Assembly (NCBI GenBank): GCA_964016885.1
Contig: OZ024765.1
Location: 23,126,001 to 23,190,000 of the forward strand
Length of the DNA stretch: 64,000 nucleotides
From: Eledone cirrhosa
Lineage: Eukaryota
Direction of reading: 5' to 3'
Positions 54,501 through 64,000 of the stretch are shown here, piece after piece. Below the pieces are notes generated by a model. It saw only the letters and a program-made list of their open reading frames with translations, was not told the DNA's origin and ran no database searches. A program made the translations under genes and the position numbers. The first letter of the stretch is position 1; the number at the start of each line of letters is the position of its first letter.

Positions 54501-57405
54501 TTCATTAGAAATATGGTAATGAAAGGGTTAATGACATAGACAGTGTCATTCATTAGAAATATGGTAATGAAAGGGTTAATGACATAGACAGTGTCTTTCA
54601 TTAGAAATATGGTAATGAAAGGGTTAATGACATAGACAGTATCTTTCATTAGAAATATGGTAATGAAAGTGTTAATGACATAGACAGTGTCTTTCATTAG
54701 AAATATGGTAATGAAAGGGTTAATGACATAGACAGTGTCTTTCATTAGAAATATGGTAATGAAAGGGTTAATGACGTAGACAGTGTCTTACATTAGAAAT
54801 ATGATAATGAAAGGGTTAATGACATAGACAGTGTCTTACATTAGAAATATGGTAATGAAATGGTTAATGACATACACAGTGTCATTCATTAGAAATATGG
54901 TAATCAAAGGGTTAATAATATAGACTGTCTTTCATTAGAAATATGGTAATGAAAGGGTTAATGACATAGACAGTGTCTTTCATTAGAAATATGGTAATGA
55001 AAGGGTTAATGACATAGACAGTGTCATTCATTAGAATATATGGTAATGAAAGGGTTAATGACATAGACAGTGTCTTTCATTAGAAATATGGTAATGGAAG
55101 GGTTAAAGACATAGACAGTGTCTTTCATTAGAAATATGGTAATGAAAGGGTTAATGACATAGACAGTGTCTTACATTAGAAATATGGTAATGAAAGGGTT
55201 AAAGACATAGACAGTGTCTTTCATTAGAAATATGTTAATGAAGGGGTTAATGACATAGACAGTGTCTTTCATTAGAAATATGGTAATGAAAGGGTTAATG
55301 ACATAGACAGTGTCTTTCATTAGAAATATGGTAATGAAAGGGTTAATGACATAGACAGTGCATTCGAATATATGGTAATGAAAGGGTTAAAGACATAGAC
55401 AGTGTCTTTCATTAGAATTTATGGTAATGAAAGGGTTAATGACATAGACGGTGTCTTTCATTAGATATATGGTAATGAAAGGGTTAATGACATAGACAGT
55501 GTCATTCATTAGAAATATGGTAATGAAAGGGTTAATGATATAGACTGTCTTTCATTAGAAATATGGTAATGAAAGGGTTAATGACATAGACAGTGCATTC
55601 GAATATATGGTAATGAAAGGGTTAAAGACATAGACAGTGTCTTTCATTAGAATTTATGGTAATGAAAGGGTTAATGACATAGACAGTGTCTTTCATTAGA
55701 AATATGGTAATGAAAGGGTTAATGACATAGACAGTGCATTAGAATATATGGTAATGAAAGGGTTAATGACATAGACAGTGTCTTTCATTAGAAATATGGT
55801 AATGAAAGGTTTAAAGACATAGACAGTGTCTTTCATTACAATTTATGGTAATGAAGGGGTTAATGACATAGACTGTCTTTCATTAGAAATAAGGTACTGG
55901 AAGGGTTAATGACATAGACAGTATCTTTCATTAGAAATATGGTAATAATAGGGTTAATGACATAGACAGTGTCTTACATTAGAAATATGATAATGAAAGG
56001 GTTAATGACATAGACAGTGTCTTACATTAGAAATATGGTAATGAAAGGGTTAATGACATACACAGTGTCATTCATTAGAAATATGGTAATGAAAGGGTTA
56101 ATGATATAGACTGTCTTTCATTAGAAATATGGTAATGAAAGGGTTAATGACATAGACAGTGTCTTTTATTAGAAATATGGTAATGGAAGGGTTAAAGACA
56201 TAGACAGTGTCTTTCATTAGAAATATGGTAATGAAAGGGTTAATGACATAGACAGTGTCTTTCATTAGATATATGGTAATGAAAGGGTTAATGACATAGA
56301 CAGTGTCTTTCATTAGAATTTATGGTAATGAAAGGTTTAAAGACATAGACAGTGTCTTACATTAGAAATATGGTAATGAAAGGGTTAAAGACATAGACAG
56401 TGTCTTTCATTAGAAATATGTTAATGAAAGGGTTAATGACATAGACAGTGTCTTTCATTAGAAATATGGTAATGAAAGGGTTAATGACATAGACAGTGTC
56501 TTTCATTAGAAATATGGTAATGAAAGGGTTAATGACATAGACAGTGCATTCGAATATATGGTAATGAAAGGGTTAAAGACATAGGCAGTGTCTTTCATTA
56601 GAATTTATGGTATTGAAAGGGTTAATGACATAGACGGTGTCTTTCATTAGATATATGGTAATGAAAGGGTTAATGACATAGACAGTGTCATTCATTAGAA
56701 TATATGGTAATGAAAGGGTTAATGACATAGACAGTGTCTTTCATTAGAAATATGGTAATGAAAGGGTTAATGACATAGACAGTGCATTAGAATATGTGGT
56801 AATGAAAGGGTTAATGACATAGTGTCTTTCATTAGAAATATGGTAATGAAAGGGTTAAAGACATAGACAGTGTCTTTCATTAGAATTTATGGTAATGAAA
56901 GGGTTAATGACATAGCGGTGTCTTTCATTAGAAATATGGTAATGAAAGGGTTAATGACATAGACAGTGTCATTCATTAGAATATATGGTAATGAAAGGGT
57001 TAATGACATAGACAGTGTCATTCATTAGAATATATGGTAATGAAAGGGTTAATGACATAGACAGTGTCTTTCATTAGAAATATGGTAATGAAAGGGTTAA
57101 TGACATAGACAGTGTCTTTCATTAGAAATATGGTAATGAAAGGGTTAATGACATAGACAGTGTCTTTCATTAGAAATATGCTAATGAAAGGGTTAATGAC
57201 ATAGACAGTGCATTAGAATATATGGTAATGAAAGGGTTAATGACATAGACTGTATCTTTCATTAGACATATGGTAATGAAAGGGTTAATGACATAGACAG
57301 TGTCTTACATTAGAAATATGGTAATGAAAGGGTTAAAGACATAGACAGTGTCTTTCATTAGAAATATGGTAATGAAAGGGTTAATGACATAGACAGTGTC
57401 TCTCA
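48568..57405. repeat. 8.8-kb satellite of 48-bp units (roughly 185) with higher-order duplications
   Basis: Unit tttcattagaaatatggtaatgaaagggttaatgacatagacagtgtc; resumes at 61834-61908. Confidence 0.97.
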
Positions 57406-58161
57406 TCTATATATATAAAACTGTGGTTGTCTGTCTGTCTATCGATTTTTGGCACACATCTCCTCTTAGAATCTCTCACGGAATTGCACCGAAATTGCTA
57501 TACTTGTACATTGAGCTCTAGCGAAAAAAACATTGAGCCTCGGAAAAAAACAAATTTCAAATTGACCCACCCTATGTGACGAAATCGAATATAATGTATC
57601 GATTTTTGAGCGTAAGTTATCAGTTATTTCCCTTTGTTCTGTTTACATTGAGCGTCTTACGTAAAAAATTACGCTGGCTTTAACAGTTGTCGAGCCAGCA
57701 AAATATTGACCTGCAAAATTCATCAGTTCGAACACTAAGCTTCCGTTTTGCTTCATTTCCATTTAAAAGCATTTTAAAACAATATTTTTACTTGAAAACA
57801 AGTCTATTTAAAGACTACGTAAAACAAGCAAATATTTCGTCGTTAGGCGTGCAGACAGACAGTCGTGCAAACAGACAGTCGTGCAGACAGATAGTCGTGC
57901 AGAGAGGTGATATACGCGTGCAGACAGATAGTCGTGCAGAGAGGTGATATAGGCGTGCAGACAGACAGTCGTGCAGAGAGGTGCTATAGGCGTGCAGACA
58001 GACAGTCGTGCAGAGAGGTGATATAGGCGTGCAGACAGACATAACTGATAATTTGGTTACGCTAATGTTTTTCTCTGCGTTGCAGTGTTTACATTTTCGA
58101 TCTTTGTTAATAAATAACCAGTGCAGTTTCTATCCCCAGCATCCTCTTTTGTTATAACATT

Positions 58162-58869
58162 CGCGCTCCATCTTGGTGAGGGTTTCCCTTGGGCAGGGCA
58201 CTACGGTCAGGCGGTAGTAGATGACGGATGCTATGTAGGTGTTCGCCACTTCCGCCCGACCTTTCAGGGATAGTTTGCAACTGGCCCACTTCTGGGTCAG
58301 TGCAAACACCCTGTTCGTAACCTCCGCCCAGTTTTTCTCCACCTGGAGGTCCGGTCCGAACCAGACCCCGAGCAACTTCACCGGGCCCTCCGTCCAGCGT
58401 CCGACGACGCTATCGGAGGGCATCGGTCTGCCCCTCCACGTGCCGAGTTGCAAACCGATCGACTTGTCCCGGTTCAGCTTAGCCCCTGTGAACCTTTCGT
58501 ACTCCTCCAGTAAGGTGCCGACCGCCTCGATTTCGGAGGCCGTCGACACCATTACTGTCACGTCATCGGCGTAGGCCGACACCGCTTTCCGCAATCCCGG
58601 TTCCAAAGGGATGCCCTGCAACAACTCCAACTTCCGCAGTAGTGGCTCGAGAGTCAACACATACAGAAGGGAGGAGAGAGGGCACCCTTGTCGGATGGAC
58701 CGCGCGATTTTGAACGGCTCCGAGAGGTAGCCGTTCACCTTGACCCGAGAGCAGATGCGGCTGCTGTGCATAGCAGTGATCCAGTCCCTGAAAACGGGTC
58801 CGAAGCCTGCCGCCGCTAGCACCGCATCCAGGTAACCATGGTCGACCCTATCGAACGCCTTAGATTGAT
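58162..58869 (-). mobile_element. Duplicated part of the Tx1-like LINE
   Basis: Near-identical to 60713-61420 (offset 2551), with the same 5' junction and flank. Confidence 0.92.
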
Positions 58870-59477
58870 AGATAGTCGTGCAGAGAGGTGATATACGCGT
58901 GCAGACAGATAGTCGTGCAGAGAGGTGATATAGGCGTGCAGACAGACAGTCGTTCAGAGAGGTGATATAGGCGTGCAGACAGACATAACTGATAATTTGG
59001 TTACGCTAATGTTTTTCTCTGCGTTTACATTTTCGATCTTTGTTAATAAATAACCAGTGCAGTTTTTATCCCCAGCATCCTCTTTTGTTATAACATTCGG
59101 GTTATCGTTATGTTTTCTTAACTTCATAAGGCATATTGTTGGTTGAGGGAATATTAATCAAAAACACCACATGCAAGTCTGCACAGTAGACACTACAGTT
59201 TTTAAGCCAAGAAAGAAACTTAACATTGTAACTTTAACACAGCTTCATCAGTTCGAACACTAAGCTTCCGTTTTGCTTCATTTCCATTTAAAAGCCTTTT
59301 AAAACAATATTTTTACTTGAAAACAAGTCTATTTAAAGACTACGTAAAACAAGCAAATATTTCGTAAAAAAAAGCAAAAATTATATAAGTTTATTTAAAA
59401 TATATGTATCTGTAAATTTCGTTAGGCGTGCAGACAGATAGTCGTGCAGAGAGGTGATATACGCGTGCAGATAGATA

Positions 59478-61420
59478 TGTTTCTTTTATTTGCCACTAGG
59501 GCATCAAAAGCGGGACAAGTACAAAGGGGGGAGTTTACACAAAAAGGCGTCCTCAATAAGGAGGAGGCAATAACAAAATATAAAAATAAAATAAGATATA
59601 ACAAAAAATAAAATTTTTAACAAAATCCTCAATAGAGAGGAGGCGCCTTGGGGGGTCGCACACACCCCCGAAAAAAATGTGCAACCCTTCTCCTCAGGAG
59701 CACAGAGAAGGGGTGCTCCCTTGGTCTTTCATCTTCCTCACCTATAATCTGATGTAGAGTGAAGGCCCATTCACACGGGCCATTCTCGCTACTTTCACCC
59801 ATCTTTCATAGAAACGGCTGGGGTGCAGCACCTCTCTCTCCATCCTGATCCTTCTTCCGAAATGATATCGGAAGAAACGGACCAGTTGTTGGCCAGAGAG
59901 AAAGGTGCCTGACCTCAGTCCTTTCAGACGCGTCCACCATACAACCTCTTTCGCCATGGCTATTACGCACAGAAACACCGCCTCTGCTTCATCTTTGAAG
60001 GGGGGAGGCGGCTTGATCATTACAATAGACTCGGTGGTCAACCGGATCGGTCCCACCCTTGACAGCAGTTGTTCGACATAGCCCCACAGATCGGCTACGC
60101 CCGAGCAGTGTACCAATGCGTGTGCAACGGTTTCCTCGTCGCACACGCATCTGGGACAGATCTTTTTGGCGGGGTCCCTACCCGGGCGCCCATGTCTGTA
60201 GAGCCTTTCTCGAACGGGTAAAGCCCCTCGGTAGCACTGCCAGGCCAGGGACTTCTGGAAGTTGTCCATAGGTCCCGGGCTGAATGTCCTACCGAACAGG
60301 CTGGCCAGTTCGTCCTCCTCCATGTCTAGGGCTTCTCCGAGGGCGTCGTCGCACCTGCTGCGTACCAGCCCTCTATAGAATGTTGCGGTGGAGTCTCCAC
60401 TGATAACCGGATCCGCCTGCCAGAGGGCGGTGAGCGCCTGGGCACACTCAGTGTGCCAGGCGCCCAGTTTTCTCGGTCTTTGCTTGACCCAGGATTGCAG
60501 CTCGGTGAGTGAGACGAGTCTGGGAAAGGTTCGTCTCACAAACGAGGCCCACACCGGTTGTCCGGTGAGGAATACGTAGAGGTGCCATAGCCTTAATGCG
60601 TGTTTACGCATCATTAGCCACGGCATCCCCAGCCCTCCTTTCGAAGGGTGTTGACAGCAGATGGATCTCCTCACCATAGGAGCCCGCCTCTTCCAAAGGA
60701 ATTGGAAGAGCGCGCGCTCCATCTTGGTGAGGGTTTCCCTTGGGCAGGGCACTACGGTCAGGCGGTAGTAGATGACGGATGCTATGTAGGTGTTCGCCAC
60801 TTCCGCCCGACCTTTCAGGGATAGTTTGCAACTGGCCCACTTCTGGGTCAGTGCAAACACCCTGTTCGTAACCTCCGCCCAGTTTTTCTCCACCTGGAGG
60901 TCCGGTCCGAACCAGACCCCGAGCAACTTCACCGGGCCCTCCGTCCAGCGTCCGACGACGCTATCGGAGGGCATCGGTCTGCCCCTCCACGTGCCGAGTT
61001 GCAAACCGATCGACTTGTCCCGGTTCAGCTTAGCCCCTGTGAACCTTTCGTACTCCTCCAGTAAGGTGCCGACCGCCTCGATTTCGGAGGCCGTCGACAC
61101 CATTACTGTCACGTCATCGGCGTAGGCCGACACCGCTTTCCGCAATCCCGGTTCCAAAGGGATGCCCTGCAACAACTCCAACTTCCGCAGTAGTGGCTCG
61201 AGAGTCAACACATACAGAAGGGAGGAGAGAGGGCACCCTTGTCGGATGGACCGCGCGATTTTGAACGGCTCCGAGAGGTAGCCGTTCACCTTGACCCGAG
61301 AGCAGATGCGGCTGCTGTGCATAGCAGTGATCCAGCCCCTGAAAACGGGTCCGAAGCCTGCCGCCGCTAGCACCGCATCCAGGTAACCATGGTCGACCCT
61401 ATCGAACGCCTTAGATTGAT
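59478..61420 (-). mobile_element. 5'-truncated Tx1-like LINE, uninterrupted frame to stop at 59742
   Basis: Starts at (D)QSKAFDRVDH. About 99% identical to 12119-13895 by eye; flanked by gatagata (59470-59477 and 61418-61425). Confidence 0.92.
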
Positions 61421-62069
61421 AGATAGTCGTGCAGAGAGGTGATATACGCGTGCAGACAGATAGTCGTGCAGAGAGGTGATATAGGCGTGCAGACAGACAG
61501 TCGTGCAGAGAGGTGATATAGGCGTGCAGACAGACATAACTGATAATTTGGTTACGCTAATGTTTTTCTCTGCGTTTACATTTTCGATCTTTGTTAATAA
61601 ATAACCAGTGCAGTTTTTATCCCCAGCATCCTCTTTTGTTATAACATTCGGGTTATCGTTATGTTTTCTTAACTTCATAAGGCATATTGTTGGTTGAGGG
61701 AATATTAATCAAAAACACCACATGCAAGTCTGCACAGTAGACACTACAGTTTTTAAGCCAAAAAAGAAACTTAACATTGTAACTTTAACACAGCTACTGA
61801 GCGACCCCGAGCAACGCCGGGCTTTACTGCTAGTTAGAAATATAGTAATGGAAGTGTTAATGACATAGACAGTGTCTTTAATTAGATATATGGTCATGGA
61901 AGGGTTAAAGCAAGACTGTAAAGTGTCAACAGGTTTGATGATCTGTTAAATAAGAATTGGAGCAAGAAATAAGACATGAGGTCACACCACCTGATACAAT
62001 GAAATATATTTATTGGAAAATATTTCTATTGGGAAAAACCCACATTATTGCCATCATAACAGCAAACAA

Positions 62070-63036
62070 TGTCTCTGTCTCCCGCTCTCTCCCCCACTCT
62101 CACTCTCTGTCTCCCCCTCTCTCTCTCTTACTTCTCTCTCTCTCTCTCTCTCTCTGTGTCTATCTCTGTCTCTCTTACCCCTCTCTCTCTCTCTTTCTCT
62201 GTTCCACCCTTTCTCTCTTTCTCCCTCTCTTCCTCTCACCGCTCTCTCTCTCCCCCCTCTCTCTCTCTCCCTCTCCCCATCTCTATCTGACACCCTTCTC
62301 CCTCTGTCCCCCCTCTCTCTCTGTATCTCTCCCTCTCTATCTATCTCCCCCTCTTCTCCCCTCACCCCTCTCTCTTTACCTGTCTCTCCCCATCTCCACC
62401 TCCTCACGACCTCCACCACCACCCCACTACCACCATCATCACCTCCACCATCACCCCAACCACCACCACCACCATCACCACAACCACCACCACCGCCATC
62501 TTTACCACAACCGCCACCAACACCACCACCATCACCATCTTTACCACCCCCACCATCACCACCACCGCCACCATCTTTACCACCACCAGCACCATCACCA
62601 CCGTCACCACCACCACCATCTTTACCACCACCGTCACCGCCGCCACCGCTACAACTGTCAACCATGGTGAAAGTTTGTCAAATACACCTGTTGTTGTTGT
62701 AGTTATTGTTTTTACTACTGCTGTTGTTGTTGTTACTGTTGTTGTTGTAGTTATTGTTTTTACTACTGCTGTTGTTGTTGTTACTGCTGTTGTTGTTGTT
62801 ACTGTTGTTGTTGTTGTTACTGTTGTTGTTGTTACTGTTGTTGTTGTAGTTATTGTTTTTACTACTGCTGTTGTTGTTGTTACTGCTGTTGTTGTTACTG
62901 TTGTTGCTGTTGCTTCTACAGCTGTCGTCACTACTACTACTACTGTTACTACTACTACTACTGTTACTACTACTACTACTACTACTGCTGTTGTTACTAC
63001 TACTACTACTACTACTACTGTTACTACTACTACTGT

Positions 63037-63067
<31 letters not shown>

Positions 63068-63186
63068 GTTACTACTACTACTGTTACTACTACTACTACT
63101 ACTACTACTGTTACTACTACTACTACTGCTGTTGTTACTACTACTACTACTGCTGCTGTTGTTACTACTACTACTACTACTACTGT

Positions 63187-63223
<37 letters not shown>

Positions 63224-63580
63224 GCTGTTGTTACTACTACTACTACTGTTACTACTACTACTACTACTGCTGTTACTACTACTACTACTACTGCTGTTAC
63301 TACTACTGTTACTACTACTACTACTACTGTTACTACTACTGTTACTACTACTACTACTACTACTGTTACAAGTTACTACTACTACTACTACTACTGCTGT
63401 TACTACTACTACTACTGTTGTTGCTACTACTACTACTGTTGTTACTACTACTACTACTACTGTTGTTACTACTACTACTACTACTGTTGTTACTACTACT
63501 ACTACTGTTACTACTACTACTACTGCTGTTGTTACTACTACTACTACTGTTACTACTACTACTACTACTACTGCTGTTGT

Positions 63581-63611
<31 letters not shown>

Positions 63612-63613
63612 GT

Positions 63614-63644
<31 letters not shown>

Positions 63645-63749
63645 GTTACTGTTACTACTACTACTGTTACTACTACTACTACTACTACTGTTACTGTTAC
63701 TACTACTACTGTTACTACTACTACTACTACTACTACTACTGTTACAAGT

Positions 63750-63780
<31 letters not shown>

Positions 63781-63862
63781 GTTGTTACTACTACTACTAC
63801 TACTACTACTGTTACAACTACTACTACTACTACTACTGCTGTTACTACTACTACTACTACAA
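62070..63862. repeat. Low-complexity block: (CT)n, (CAC)n, (GTT)n, (TAC)n
   Basis: Consecutive degenerate di- and trinucleotide tracts. Confidence 0.95.
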
Positions 63863-64000
63863 GTTACTCTTTTGTCGGTGAAAATACATGTTTCCTTCCT
63901 TCTCGAAAAACCGAAACTGTGGAGAGTTGAGAGGGAGTGGCGACTTGGGGGAAACTATTCAGGTATTTACTGTATATATCTCGTGTGTGTATATATCTCG

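Larger units (their letters stand above)
57406..61833 (+). mobile_element. Non-autonomous Helitron with internal duplications and nested Tx1-like LINE
   Basis: 5' TCTATATATATAAAA followed by (GTCT)n; 3' hairpin cccg...cggg then CTAG. Inserted between A and T of a satellite unit (ctca|ttagaaat) with no TSD. Confidence 0.9.

Overview
Eukaryotic, very repeat-rich animal DNA. The SINE/LINE mix and huge (TA)n tracts suggest an octopus or other coleoid cephalopod (inference). The only host gene seen is the last two coding exons of an ARFGEF3/BIG3 homologue (3350-3705 and 6325-6540, + strand). The rest is RTE LINEs, CORE- and Meta-type tRNA-SINEs, near-identical Tx1-like LINE copies, Penelope-like (GIY-YIG) elements, a Tc1/mariner derivative, a Helitron carrying a LINE, and several satellites. 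Main result: four largely unrelated non-coding monomers (479, 533, 467 and 626 bp) each carry a type I hammerhead ribozyme and sit in or beside (TA)n. Three of them form head-to-head inverted structures like the neighbouring Penelope-like elements, which also carry hammerhead-like folds. This points to a retrozyme/Penelope system; three of the ribozymes have an unusually enlarged helix II. Three satellites can be traced to pieces of transposable elements (CR1 3' end, SINE A-box head, piggyBac-like terminus). All alignments and folds were done by eye, with no database searches, and many boundaries are approximate.
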